Assembly (NCBI GenBank): GCA_964016885.1
Contig: OZ024740.1
Coordinates: 220,038,001-220,102,000, forward strand
Direction: 5' to 3'
Length of the DNA stretch: 64,000 nucleotides
DNA from: Eledone cirrhosa
Lineage: Eukaryota
A program made the translations under genes and the position numbers. Below the pieces are notes generated by a model that was not told the DNA's origin, did no database searches, and saw only the letters and a list, made by a program, of their open reading frames with translations. Shown here piece by piece: positions 24,606 to 38,799 of this stretch; positions within the stretch are counted from its first letter, which is position 1; each line of letters begins with the position of its first letter.

Positions 24606-26816
24606 TTTTCAAATAATAATAATGAAAAGCAATATGGAATTTATGTATGTGTCAAAGACTGAAGACAAAATATTAGCTACGCAAAGAGAGTGTGACTTAT
24701 CTACTGCTACAACTTATATACGTGAATATACAATATAATGAGCTAAGCTAACTTAATAAGATAGAGATACCAAAGAAATCCAGGCAGTAACAATTCATAC
24801 ACTGCTTTACAAAATTTAAATGCAACCAAACTTGATTATATTCTTTTACAAGCTCCAGCTAGTGAACTGTGGCCATGCTAGGGCACTGCAAACCTATATT
24901 TTTAATATTGTTTTTCCAATAAATGGTAACAATAAAAAAAACTCAATCAGACTGTTAGTGTTACTAATTTCTTTTTTTTACTATTTTTTCTTTAAAACAT
25001 ATCTGTTTGACTTTGAAATAGATAGCATTTAACTAGAGCTCTATGGGCTATAGTTCTCTTCTGATGAAACATGTAAAGGTAATCTCTTAGGTATGTCTGT
25101 ATACAAAGAGGATAACAGAATGTTTGTTTAAATTTTTACACCAAGGCTTATAAACTGTGGTTGTATCTACATTCAAGTTAAACTATCATTGATAATGATT
25201 ATTATACAAACATTATGAATTGTAATTTAAATAGAAAATATAAAAGCATCACCAATGATTCAACATTTGTTTTGCTGAAGATAAACAATTGCATATCTAA
25301 ATAACCACTATCTATTATATAAAACTCATGTATAATTTAGGAACAACTGTATTTATTTGACTTCATTTAAAATGCAAATATAGTATTATGTGGACAGTAT
25401 TAACAATTACTAAAAATGTACCTTTTAAACTTCTCATTATCCTATTTCTAATGAAAGACACTGCTTTTATTCTCATAATTTCTTTAATATCAAGAATTAG
25501 GACAGAATTAATAATATAACTAACTTTTTCACTATTAAGCTGAAGTTTCTTACAAATTATGATGGGAGATTTTTACAAAATTATAAACACTTTTAAATAA
25601 ACAGTTTTGTATTGTTTTGGTTAACTTTTAGGGTTTTTTAAATATTTATTTTTGTTCTTTGTTATTGTTTTGAGAGAACAAGTTAAAAAATCGAGACTTC
25701 AAGGATTGTATTTTATGACTATTTTCTAAATCTGAAGGTGCATCATTGAAAAGTAGGAGGAGGAGCAGTACCAACCAGTATCCCCATCACCTTCACCAAC
25801 TCCTGCCTGATGACAGGCCCAGTGCTGTTTCAACTTCACCAGTGGTTCTAAAACTTATTTTGTTGTGAAATTCTTAAGCAGTTTTCTAATAATTGCAGAA
25901 CAAATAAACTATATTTTATGGACAACTCACTTTACCCTAATTTTAATAAGACATTAATTGAAAGAAAAATTGTTTTAAAGAGAAAAAATATTCATAGAAA
26001 AAAAATTGGAATTTTTAAGACATTTTATATCTCAGAACCCTAGAAGTTTTTTTGCAGCACCCTGGAGTTCCTTGGAAACCACTTTTGGAAACACTATACT
26101 AGACTAATATTTAACTGATACTACAGTATTGTAAGCTGATCTGTTTTGACAGGTGTTGGGAAAATATTTTAACTTACATAGATATATGATTGAAAAGAAA
26201 ATAAATTCACAAGGAGAAGGAATGACAAAGAGGTCAAACTTGAAAATTTTCAATTTTTTTATAATAATTTCATAAGTTTTGAATGAATGTTCTATTTTTA
26301 TAAATGTAGTTTAAATAAATTTATTTAGTCATAACTCCTAATAAAAATTAACACACACACACATACATACACAATCCAATATACACAACCAATTATGAGA
26401 AATTATAAATGCTTGCAACTTGTCTATTGCACATGCAAGTACATGAGTAAATGTAGAATTGAATATTCATTTGTAAATGTTCAATGCAGAAAGAAACCTT
26501 TTAAGTTGCGAAATCACCTGTGAAAGGTAGGTAGGTAAGTCACTCAGGCAATCAGAAACTTTACTAGTTTACATCTATCTAGTTGGGCAGGTAGAGAGAA
26601 ATCGTTGTTACTAAGACAGCAGGTAGTTTGAGAATATAGCAAACAAAAATAGCAACCTTCTAGTTTACAAGTAATATTAGTAGTTTATAGGAAACATACG
26701 ATAAAACACTGCCTTACATTTTGAGGGGAAAGAAATTTGAGAAGAAACATTTAATAGAAACCGACAAGAATTATATAAAAATTCTACTGCATCTAAAAAC
26801 TGCATCATAAAAATAT

Positions 26817-26823
26817 CTATATA

Positions 26824-26875
<52 letters not shown>

Positions 26876-27120
26876 TATACATATATATACATATACATAT
26901 ATACATATATATACATATATATACATATACATATATATACATATATATACATATACATATATACATATATATACATATATATATATATACATATATATAC
27001 ATATATATACATATATATATATATACATATATATACATATATATATATATACATATATATACATATATATATATATACATATATATACATATATATATAT
27101 ACATATATATACATATACAT
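26817..27120. repeat. (TA)n/(TATACA)n microsatellite
   Basis: Read directly from the sequence. Confidence 0.98.
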
Positions 27121-28745
27121 ATCATCATCATCATCATCATCACCGTTTTACGTCCGTTCTTCCACGCTAGCATGGGTTAGACGGGTTGTCCTGTTGTGGG
27201 CAGTGTCTGGTCGGCTGACCATGCCTTGCTCATACAGGAACTGATCTGGCTTGATTTCTACAGCTGGATGCCCTTCCTAACACCAACCTCATTTACAGTG
27301 AGTGCTGGGTGCTTTTTCATGGCGCCTACACGTCCACTTTACAGTGAGTGCTGGGTGCTTTTTTGCCGTGGCACCTCCACGACCACCTTGCGGTGGGGGG
27401 GGGGGGGGCATATTGTTTATATGCTTCAGCATGTACCCATGGGAGGTCGGGTACCCTGTATTACTGCGTGACGCCAGAAGTCACGGTCGTGTGTCATTGA
27501 CTTTGAGAGGTGTAGTTGGGTAAGGTCGGCTTTTATCACCTCATCCCAAGTCATCTTGGGTCTCCCCACTCCGCGGTTTCCATCAACTTCTAGTGCTCTG
27601 CACCTTTTTATGCAGCTGTCATCCTTCATACGCATCACATGTCCATACCAGCGTAACCGCCTCTCCTGCACGCAGCATTTGATTCCTCTTATGCTCAGTC
27701 TCTCTCTCAATTCATTTATGCTTTGTCGTTCACGTATATTACTGTTACACATCCATCGGAGCATGCAGGCTTCGTTTCTCTCTAATCTACGTAAGTCTTC
27801 CACCTTCAGCGCCCAGGTCTCACTACCATGCAACATCGCTGTTCGGATACACGCATCATACAGTCTGCCTTTCATTCTGAGGGAGAAGCCTTTTGCAGCT
27901 AGCAGTGGTAGTAGTTCCCTAAACTTCTTCCATCCCGTTCTTACCCTAGTTATTGTACTTTCTGAGCACCCACCTCCGTTGCTAATTCGGTCACCTAGGT
28001 AGCAGAAGCTGTCTACTGTTTCTACAGGGCCCTCCCAGAGATTGGTGGTACTTGTTTCCTGTGGCTGTTTGCTTGCTGTTTCAGCACAGCTGCTGCATGT
28101 GAATCCTACATTCTTAATTAAGCTTCCTGAGATCCCGCTACATCTCTTGTGTACCCATTGTTTGCATTTGGGGCAAAGAATGGAGTTCCTACCTACACCT
28201 TTCCTACATACTGAGCAAGGCCATTTCCCTGAGGGGATCTGGGTTCTGTTTTCTCGTCTACTTATAAGGACCTTAGTCTTTGTCATGTTGACTTTGAGGC
28301 CCTTTCTCTCTAGTCCCTGCTTCCAGGTTTGGAATTTATTCTCTAGTTCTACCATAGATTCAGCTATGAGTGCGAGGTCATCAGCATACAGGAGTTCCCA
28401 TGGGCATCCGGTCTTAAACTCCTCCGTTATTGCCTGCAGGACTATGATGAACAGGAGAGGGCTAAGAACAGAGCCCTGGTGGACCCCAACCTGTACGCTA
28501 AATTCCTCGCTATACTCATTGCCAATCCTAACTTTGCTGACTGCTCCCCTATACATGGCTTGTACAGCTTTCACAAGCCATTCATCTACTCCTAGTTTTC
28601 TAAGAGCCCACCAGATTACTGCACGTGGAACTCTGTCAAAGGCTTTCTCAAGGTCGACAAATGCCAAGTAGAGTGGCTTACTTTTAGCTAGGTACTTTTC
28701 CTGTAATTGCCTCACAAGGAAGAGCGCATCAGTGGTGCCTTTCCC
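27121..28745 (-). mobile_element. Young 5'-truncated RTE-clade LINE; ORF2 fragment 27426-28745 (RT with PHD-like finger)
   Basis: Open frame GKGTTDALF...[11 protein letters not shown]...[13 protein letters not shown]...LLYADD...FCYLG...RLRWYGHV...GRPKMTW; 3' UTR with G-tract and (GAT)n tail. Confidence 0.96.
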
Positions 28746-29010
<265 letters not shown>

Positions 29011-29558
29011 ATCATCATCATCATCATCGTTTAACGTCCATATTCCACGCTTGCATGGGTCTGGACGGGAGTTTTCCCACTTGAAGCAAGAGTGGTTGTC
29101 TTGCTCGCATAGGACTGCCTGGCGGGTTTTCTACAGCTGGATGCCCTTCCTAACACCAACCACATTTACAGTGTGGGGCTGGGAGGTTTTTACCGTGTTA
29201 CCTACACGACCACATTACAGCGTGGACTGTGTGTTTTTTTTGTCGTGACACCTACACGACCTCATTTGTTTCGGGTTGGATGTTGTGACACCAACATAAC
29301 TTTACATTGAAAGGGATGGTGTGGATGGGGTGTGGGTAGTGTGACGGGGGTGTATTTTGTTAGAGGTGCCTACTGACTGTAGTAGGTTTCACTTTGTTCT
29401 TAGGTAAGGCGGGTCTTCTCTATTACTGAGTACCGCCAAAGGTCTCGGTCCAGTGACATTGTCTTGGAGAGGTGTAAGTGTGTGAGGTCGGAATTTATCA
29501 AGTCGTCCCAGGTTTTTCTGGGTCTGCCTACTCCGTGGCTACCGTCTGTTTTTACTAT
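29011..29558 (-). mobile_element. Short 5'-truncated RTE LINE (same subfamily as 15487-17336)
   Basis: [48 protein letters not shown] and a 3' UTR matching the 16-kb copy. Confidence 0.93.
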
Positions 29559-29584
29559 ATATATATACATATATATATATATAC

Positions 29585-29615
<31 letters not shown>

Positions 29616-29774
29616 CATATATATATATACATATATATATATACGTATATATACATATATATATATATATATATACGTATATATACATATATATATATGT
29701 ATATATATATATATGTATATATACATATATATATACATATATATATATACATATATATATATGTATATATATGT

Positions 29775-29809
<35 letters not shown>

Positions 29810-30351
29810 TATATATACATATATATCTATGTATATATACATATATATATATGTATATATACATATATATATATACATATATATCTATGTATATATACAT
29901 ATATATATATACATATATATCTATGTATATATACATATATATATATACATATATATGTATATATATGTATATATATATGTATATATACATATATACATAT
30001 ATATACATATATATACATATATATATATGTATATATACATATATATATATACATATATATGTATATATATGTATATATATATGTATATATACATATATAC
30101 ATATATATACATATATATACATATATATATATGTATATATACATATATATATATACATTTATATGTATATATACATATATATACATACATTTATATGTAT
30201 ACATATATATATATGTATATATACATATATATATATACATTTATATGTATATATATGTATATATATATACATATATATGTATATATATATACATATATAT
30301 ATACATATATATACATATACATATATATACATATACATATATATATATATA
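29559..30351. repeat. Long compound TA/TACA/TATG microsatellite
   Basis: Read directly from the sequence; about 0.8 kb. Confidence 0.98.
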
Positions 30352-30470
30352 CATCATCATCATCATCATCATCATCAACGTTTAACGTCCGTGTTCCACG
30401 CTTGCATGGGTTTGGACGGGGGTAGTCCCACTTGAGGCAGGAGTGATTGTCTTGCTCGCATAGGACTGTC
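30352..30470 (-). mobile_element. RTE LINE extreme 3' tail
   Basis: (CAT)n-CAACGTTTAACGTCCGTGTTCCACGCTTGCATGGG...TAGGACTGTC matches 15487-15595; followed by (TA)n. Confidence 0.9.
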
Positions 30471-32000
30471 TATATATATATATATATACATATACATATA
30501 CATATATATATATACATATATATACATATACATATATATATATATATAATATATATATAATATATATATAATATATATATATATTATATATATAATATAC
30601 ACACACACATACACATATACTAAAGATAGGTCACAATTGTGATCCATCTGGAGGTATGGTCAATATTGGGCATCAGAACCTTAGACAGTACTTTTGTTTT
30701 GGGTATGAACATAAATAAATATAAGAAAAATTGAGCACTATTTTCTTTTTCCTTTTTCATATCTACGGATATTGCTACATATACATTATATATGTACATG
30801 TGTATGTGTTTTTTTAATAGTAATCATGATTGCTATTATGCAATCAATTCTAAATAGTAATTCAGGTTATTATACTACAGTTGAGATGAAATATTATAAG
30901 GAGCAATAACGAGAAGTTATTATCTTTTCATTGTTTACACATTAACTGTCAAAGAGTGAGATGTTATAGTTAGTGTTTACACTTAAGAACAACCTACATC
31001 AAATATGAAAAATTAATATAACAAACAAATATTTACCAAATTAAAAATACTAGTTAAATTATATTAGTAGTAACAAGTAGTACACATAACTTCAGCTTTA
31101 AAAAAAGAAGACAGTAGGAGAAAAAACAATAACAAAATTTATGCTGTTACCTGTTTTACTTAATCAGCTGATACGCAAGTAAAATGAATGCAAAGGTGGA
31201 AATTATTAAATGTGTTGTTGTTTTTTTTCTCTTGTTTCGTTTTTTTTTTTCTATTCGTAATGCCAGTAAAACCCTAAATCCACAGCTGTTTTTATATTCA
31301 GTATCACAGGCTGACCAAGTGATGAGAAAAAAATATATTTACAACTTTCTTTCTGATTGCTACTAAGCAATACAGCAGCTACTTATAATATAATGTATAG
31401 TATTAAGCAAGACCTTCCTAGAAGCATAACTTTGGGCACACCCAGTGTTTTTATCAATAGTATTTATACACTTCTAACATATGTAACAAGGTACAAAGAA
31501 TATAATACATACATACTGGGTGGCTAACAACACACTGACGAGCAGTTAGTTGGCATTGCTTCCATCTCAACTAAAGAAATGAAAAACTATATTGCCAGGC
31601 TTATATGTAAAGGTGATTGTGTGTGGAGTTACATGCTGTTATACTAGAGTGTTACAGTAATTTATATTTTATGTGTGAATACAAATAAGCAAGGGAAGTT
31701 TTGTTGGTTTATTTGTTTGTTTGTTTATTTATTGCTTTTGTTTGTTTGTTTGTTTTTTGTTTTTTTTAGTTAACTAAATTAAAAGGTAACTTAGATTAAA
31801 TATTTGACCTCTAACACATGCTTCTATGACATTTCTAACTGACATACAAAAGAAAAGAAATATTTTCTAAGAAAATGTGTTATATTTATAATGTGGGTTA
31901 CAATATAAAATCCATATGAACTGAATTATCATTGTCATGGTCTGTTTTTCCATCATGGTATGGTACTTGAAAGCAATTAAGGTAACCAATCCTGACTTAC

Positions 32001-32016
32001 CCTTCTAACTACAGAA
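32001..32016 (-). CDS. Candidate 16-nt micro-exon (SVVRR) or 3' end of an alternative first exon (MSCSSVVRR)
   Basis: Minus strand: GCTAAT...TTTGTCTATGTCCTGCAG|TTCTGTAGTTAGAAGG|GTAAGT, a consensus donor and a good acceptor within unique sequence. Confidence 0.3.
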
Positions 32017-35000
32017 CTGCAGGACATAGACAAACAGTATTAGCTGTCCAAGCAGTGTCAATGCAAAGTCATGTGGAGGCAAACACACAATACACGCACA
32101 CAGAGTATCACTACATCTAGCTCAAAAGAGAAGATGATGTACTGAGGTAGATGGAAACAGCTCAGTCGGAGTTACAACGCCAGACTCATCATATTTCATA
32201 CTATTCTGACATGTTGAGGTGGATGGAGCCACAACATCAAACTCGTCTGAGTTTGTGCTGTTGTGCAGGAGATTTGTCACCTACACAGGTGGATGGCTCT
32301 GAGTAACTCAAGTGTCACAGTAAAAAGGGCCAAAGCATCTACAGAGTTACTTCACCACCTGATGAGACATTGGTTCCTGTATTTGGAGACAGAGTACAGC
32401 AGCATGCTCTGCATACAAGTGTGTTTGTTTACCATGTAGTGTATATGTATATATATATTATCATCATTTAATGTCTATTTTTCCACGCTCGCATAGGCTA
32501 GACGGGTTGTCACATTATGAGACAAGTCAGACTAAGTGACCATGTCTTGCTCATATGGATATGTATTTTGACTTGGTTTCAACGGCTGGGTGCCCTTCCT
32601 AACATCAACCATTTATGTTATAGTGTGGACTGAGTACTTTTTATGGTGGCACCAAAACAACCATACAGGGTGAACTAGCAGCTTTTTGTCATGTTACCAA
32701 CACAACCACTTCACTGGATGATCTAGGTCCTTTTTTTCTCGTGTCATCAACATGATATATATATATATAACAGGCTTCCACACAATTTCTCTCAACCAAA
32801 TTTGACTTAAAAGGCATTGGTCAGCTTGAAGCTATAAGCAGAAGTCATTTACTAATAGTGCCATGAGTATCATGCAGAGGGATCAAACCCAACACCGCAT
32901 GGTTGTGAGACAAACTTCTTAAGTACACAGCCATGCAAGCATCCAAAATTGTTTACTAAACAATTTAATTGAATTAAAAACGAAGAAACTATAATTTAAA
33001 AACATCATTATATCTTTAAAAGTTTATTTATTAATCGTTTAGTTCATGGTGTCAAAATATTCGTCAAAAGTTTGCGACCTTGTCACTGACACAGTTCCAC
33101 TCTTTATTAAACATTTTTTAAATGTTTAATATTACTTATAAAATGTTCCATTTACTTATTATAACAACTAACATCACAAACTGTAAATATAGGAACAAGT
33201 TAAAAATAATTCCTTTTGTTATTAGCAATTTCTCAAAATAGAACTATTCAAACAAATAAACATAACAATTGTCTTGTCATGTCATTAACCCTTTTGATAC
33301 TAAACAGCCTGAAACCACTCCTAGTTTGAAAATAAAAGAAATGTTTATTTTAAAGTGTTTACATTTATCTAAAATCTTTTCATCATAATCTTATGTAAGA
33401 ATGTTTATGTTCCAAACACTAGCTTAATTGTGAGCAAGTTAGTTAAATCCCTTCAAATTGATGATTATTCTTTTAATCTTTTGAAAAACACAGGCAGTGT
33501 CTTATTATCTACTAGAAATATGACAATTAAAATATATATAAATAGTTAAAGATTTTAAAATACGAAAAATACACAAGAAACATTATCTTTGACAGTAAAA
33601 TATCCTTTCAATTCCTTTCCTTGGTTAATTTGTTAAAATATTTTTGATACTTTTACTGGTTTCAGTGAATGGGTTGTGGCCATGCTGGCACACTACCTTC
33701 AAAGGTATTATTCGATCATATCACCACAGTGCTTGTTTTTATAAAATCGTTGATCTCCATTTGTCAAACTGTTAAGTTGCAGGACATAAAAAAGCAACAC
33801 AAGCTGTTAAGCAGTGTAGACATAGAGACATACACATAAACATACGTGTGTGTGTGTGTGTGTAATGGGCTTCCATGCAGTTTCCATCTACCAAATTTCA
33901 CACACAAAGCATTAGTCAGTCTAAGGCTATTGTAGAAGAGACTTGCCTAAGGTGCCAGGCAATGGGACCAAACCCGATACCACATGGTTGCAAAGCAAAC
34001 ATCTTAATTAACCACACAGCACTATTAGCAGTATAAATAATAATACATAACATAAATTGAGAACTAACTGAATTACATAAAGAAATTTAATTAACTGCAC
34101 TGCATTGGACAACTGATTCATCTTTCAGGATTTTAACTCAGAGCCCAGAGAGCTGAAAAAATGCCACAAGACATTTTGCCCTTCACACAAATGGCTGCTA
34201 ATTTGCCACATTCTATATACAAGTGACTCAAATACAGGAGCTCACCAGTAACTAGACATTATAGTTGTAGTGAACTTTACTTTGGTGTTTGGCCATTCTA
34301 AGTAACTGCCAGTGAATGAACTGTTGTGAAAGGGCAAGTTTCATAAAAGTTAAATATATATATTCTAACGGAGAGTTTTAGTACAAAGAAAATATCTGAA
34401 ATACACAATGTCTTGGTAGAGAGTATGGGAAACACAAGCCACAGACAATAAAAAAAATTATTACTGATAATAAAAGTAAGTATTAGTTACCTAGTTATTT
34501 GAAAATTAACAATGTAAGGTATATGAATGACCTTAAGTTAGAACAGATAAAATGGTTTATTTAGGACAGTTAGTGGATTGTGGAATTTTGTTTCAATTAA
34601 TGTTAGGGTGTTGGATGGATTGCATTGTGCCGTCTGAGTTCAAATCCTGTGAAGACCAACATAGACTTTCATCCTTTCAGAGTCAATAAATTACCAGTTT
34701 AGTACTGGAACTGACTCTTCTTCTCTTGGTCTCACTCCATCCCTCTGGAAGAAATCAGATATGGCAAAACCTAGAGTAGGATGGATACTGCCAAGCTTTA
34801 AAATATCCAAGACAAGCCATATGACAAGAACTCTACAACTCCATGAGGAGTCATGGAATCAATGAACAGTGAATCCTTTCCGATTTACAACAAATAATGC
34901 TAAAACCATTAATCTATTAATATTTTTAAATCTGTCATGAAAGCATGGCAATGTGGTTGAAAAGTTTACTTAAATACATGGTTTGGTTTCAAATTCAATC

Positions 35001-35273
35001 CTACAGTGTGAGACTGTGGACAAATATCTTCTTCCATAGTCATGGGTCAACCAAAGCTATGTGGGTAAAATTTAGTAGATGGCAATTGTGTGGAAGCCTG
35101 TCAGAGGGACCATTTCTATATTTGAGTCCTAGATTCAACATGTAGTCTGGTTTAACACAATCACTACATGACCAATTAGTACTTTCAGTAAAGTCCACTT
35201 TGTTGAAAACAATTGAACTAATTCCCTAGTCTGCAAATAACTCCCCCCCCCTCCCACCCCCACCACCACCACC

Positions 35274-35460
35274 AGTCTTGGAGCCCCTGAAATGGTCAAG
35301 GGCACTGGCAATCCTCCCACCAATCTTGAAACCCCTGAAAAAAGTCAAGGGCACTTCCCTGCCTCCCATCAGTCTTGGGACCTCTGAAAAAGGTTAAGGG
35401 TACTACACTTCCTTTCCCCAATCTTGAAGCCCTTGAAAAAGGTCAAGGGCATGCATCCCC
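35274..35460. repeat. Degenerate ~47-bp minisatellite (4 units) inside a dispersed repeat
   Basis: ARTCTTG..CCCCTGAAA..GGTCAAGGGCAC units; single-unit relatives at about 23340-23500, 45370-45440 and 46940-47080. Confidence 0.7.
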
Positions 35461-35828
35461 TCTTCTGACTAAACCATTAAGAATATATTAAAAAAGTTTT
35501 AATCATTTTTTTCGATATAAATATCAAGCAAAATATGGTTGATAAGGTAAGCTTAGTTATTGGGCAATTTGTAAAACCTCAACAGATAAAAAAAAAAGAT
35601 TTAAAATCATATTTATATAGTTCCTAGTAAAAACACTATCAGTGGCATTTAGAATTTTATATTTAAAAAAAGACTATACTGGACAGAATCCAACACCTAA
35701 TTGCCCATCTTATCAGATATTTTATCCTGTGAGTCACTGTAACTGTATCCTTATATCTTCACATATGCATCTATTCTATTTCTAATATTGTAACTGGCAG
35801 GAAACGCTTCTAAATTAAAAATCTTGGT

Positions 35829-35885
<57 letters not shown>

Positions 35886-35919
35886 ACACACACACATACA
35901 TACACAGTAAAGATACATC

Positions 35920-36238
35920 ACTCAGTGGTTCGAGTGTTGGGCTTGCAATCATGATGTTGTGAGTTCAATTCTCAGACTGGGTGAGAGCAAAACATTTTAT
36001 TTCATGTTGCTCCAGTTCACTCAGTTGTAGAAATGAGTTGTGATGTCACTGGTGCTCAACTGTATCAGCCATTGCCTTTCCTTTGGACAACATTGGTGGC
36101 ATGGAGAGGGGAGACTGGTATGCGTAGTCGACTGCTGATCTTCCACAAACAACCTTGCTCAGACTTGTGCCTCTGAAGAAAACTTTCTAAGTGCAAATCC
36201 CATGGTCATTTGTGACTGAAGGGGGGTCTTTACACTTT
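35920..36238 (+). mobile_element. tRNA/CORE SINE with a different 3' tail (family A2)
   Basis: Head and CORE-like block as family A; diverges after GTAGAAATGAG into an unrelated tail. Confidence 0.7.
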
Positions 36239-36256
36239 ATATATATACACATACAT

Positions 36257-36300
<44 letters not shown>

Positions 36301-36400
36301 GAATGTGTGTGTGTGTGTGATTAATAAGTTCACTTTGCAACCACATGATTTTAGGTTTCATACCCCTGCATGGCATTTTGAGAAAGTGCCTTCTACAAAT

Positions 36401-36750
36401 GGAGGCACATGGCTTAGTGGTTAGAGCATTGGCCTTGCAATCGAAAGGTTGTGAGTTCAATTCTCAAACTGGGTGATGCGTTGTTTCCTTGAGCAAGACA
36501 CTTTATTTCACATTGCTCCAGTTTACTCAGCTGTAGAAATGAGATGATAGGGACTGGGGTCCATATCATTCCACTGCAAAGTGGTCGTGGAGGTGCCATG
36601 GCAAAAAAAGCACCCAGCACTCACTGTAAATGAGGTTGGTGTTAGGAAGGGCATCCAGCTGTAGAAATCAAGCCAGAATCAGTTCCCGTCCCACCCTTGC
36701 AAGCAGGGAAAAGTGGACGTAAAATGAAATGATGATGATGATGATGATGA
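36401..36750 (+). mobile_element. Full-length family A SINE inserted into a family C SINE
   Basis: Starts GGAGGCACATGGCTTAGTGG and ends (GAT)n; host SINE-C sequence resumes at CTATGGCCTTAGCCC. Confidence 0.9.
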
Positions 36751-37242
36751 CTATGGCCTTAGCCCAACAAATATCTTCAGTATCATTAGTAGACAAAAAC
36801 TGTGAGGATGCCCATTATATGTTATTGAGTATCTAGGGACAAAGGCAGTTGATGATTGGGCCCTTCTGACAGAATGGACTGCCTTAATTTATTGAGATGG
36901 TCGATTCTGTTTTTTTGCTCAAGTAACTGCAGTAAGGGGATATTTGTTGAGCCCTCTAGCTTTAGGTTGCTTAACGAACACTCTACTCCTGGGGTAAGAA
37001 GCTTGTGATGGTTTTCTTATTTTATTGTAGAGTACTTTACTAGGATTACTCTACTCAGTGGTCAGTATGTATATTGTGTATATATATATAAATATAGTTT
37101 ATTGGTGTATAACATTAAGTTACTATTAGTTCACCAGTTCCAGCACTCAGTGCCTAAGAGGGTCCAATTGCATTGTGGTATTGTACTCTTGGTATTACAC
37201 TGTAGTTGGTATCTTTAAGAAACATGAACACACACACACACA

Positions 37243-37297
<55 letters not shown>

Positions 37298-37299
<2 letters not shown>

Positions 37300-37732
37300 A
37301 GGCACATGGCTTAGTGGTTAGAGCATTGGCCTTGCAATCGCAAGGTTGTGACTTCAATTCTCAGACCGGGTGATGTGTTGTTTCCTTGGGCAAGACACTT
37401 TATTTCACATTGCTCCAGTTTACTCAGCTGTAGAAATGAGATGATACGACTGGGGTCCCTATCATTCCACTGCAAAGTGGTCGTGGAGGTGCCACGGCAA
37501 AAAAAGCACCCAGCCCACACTGTAAAGTGGTCGTGGAGGTGCCACGGCAAAAAAAACACCCAGCCCACACTGTAAAGTGGACGTGTAGGCGCCAAGGAAA
37601 AAAAGCACCCAGCACTCACTGTAAATGAGATTGGTGCTAGGAAGGGCATCCAGCTGTAGAAATCAAGCCAGAATCAGTTCCCGTCCCATCCTTGCAAGCA
37701 GGAAAAAGCGGACATAAAATGATGATGATGAT
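37298..37732 (+). mobile_element. Full-length family A SINE immediately after (TA)n
   Basis: Same head; three 50-bp internal tail units. Confidence 0.9.
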
Positions 37733-38459
37733 ATATGTATAATGTCAGAAGTCATTTAGTTCAATGGCTGGATCACTCAGCCAGAATTTGAGGGGATATG
37801 AAGTTTGATTCTTCATAGCGGCCACTGGCCACTCTTTTCCATCTTCAGAGGTATTTTACCTGACTTTCTAAGCTATTATTTATAGCAATCGATTGTATTT
37901 ACAATTATTTTCTCCATTTGGGATTCTTTGAATATATATATATATATATAAGATGAGTGTGTATCTCTTAACTGAGGTATAATAACCGTCATATATGTAA
38001 CATACATAACATCTCAATTTGTGATTCAGAAAGTCAAGTGCCAATATTCTCATAAATAACCAATGTTTTATATACATAACTGCATGATTTAGCAAATGTC
38101 TCCCTCTCTCTCTCTTACTTTCCTCTCTCTTCCCCATCTCTTTTTCACTGTCTCTATACAGATTATAAATATTAATAATACAGTAAAAAAAAAAATCCTT
38201 TTCTTAAAAAGGAAAATAAGAATAAAGACAAACAGACAAAGAAAAAAAGAAAGACATAAAAGAAGAAAATAAAGCAAGAACGAAAGAAACAGAAAGGAAA
38301 CTAAACAGTAACAGATCAAGTATATTAACAAATAAAATGAATGCTTATGAGAAATTGATAGATATAAATACAATAGAGACAGAATTGAATAAATGTAGCC
38401 TAAAATAACATAATACATAAAGGATATTTTATGATTACTCTTTTATTTGTCCCAGATAT

Positions 38460-38665
38460 TTAACCCTTAGCATTTGCATTACTCTATATTTACTATTGTA
38501 TTTTCATGGAAAAGGTTTATCTCACATAATTATCTCACATAATATTGAATTTATAAGATTTTGATATTTATTTTGAGAACAATACCTTACCATCAGTATG
38601 AGTGGCCAGTTACAGAAAGTTTGAACAGGAGGAGGTGAGAGAATTCTGGCCGGATATGGCTATCT
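38460..38665. mobile_element. Second TTAA-CCC MITE family (inverted relative at 51360-51575)
   Basis: TTAACCCTTAGCATT...GAATTCTGGCCGGATA; the reverse-complement copy ends AATGCTAAAGTGTTAA. Confidence 0.6.
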
Positions 38666-38799
38666 TACGAAATGAAGTATGGGTCTCACAAATAAAATCA
38701 AGATAGGCATGGCTGGATTGCATTTATTTTATTGTAGGTTTGCTCATTCAGGAGTGACTTGGCACTAAACAATAGCAACAAATATTCTCTATGCAGTCA

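Noticed and set aside
16492-28671. Plus-strand ORFs overlapping the RTE elements (94-209 aa)
   Set aside because: Antisense shadows of LINE ORF2.
35274-35460. Repeat-spacer look (about 30-bp repeats with variable 17-bp gaps) resembling CRISPR
   Set aside because: Eukaryotic context, degenerate repeats, mutually similar pyrimidine-rich gaps and no cas genes; it is a minisatellite in a dispersed repeat.
36401-36475. tRNA-like sequence with A and B boxes
   Set aside because: It is a SINE head joined to CORE and LINE tail, with no clean cloverleaf or acceptor stem; not a tRNA gene.
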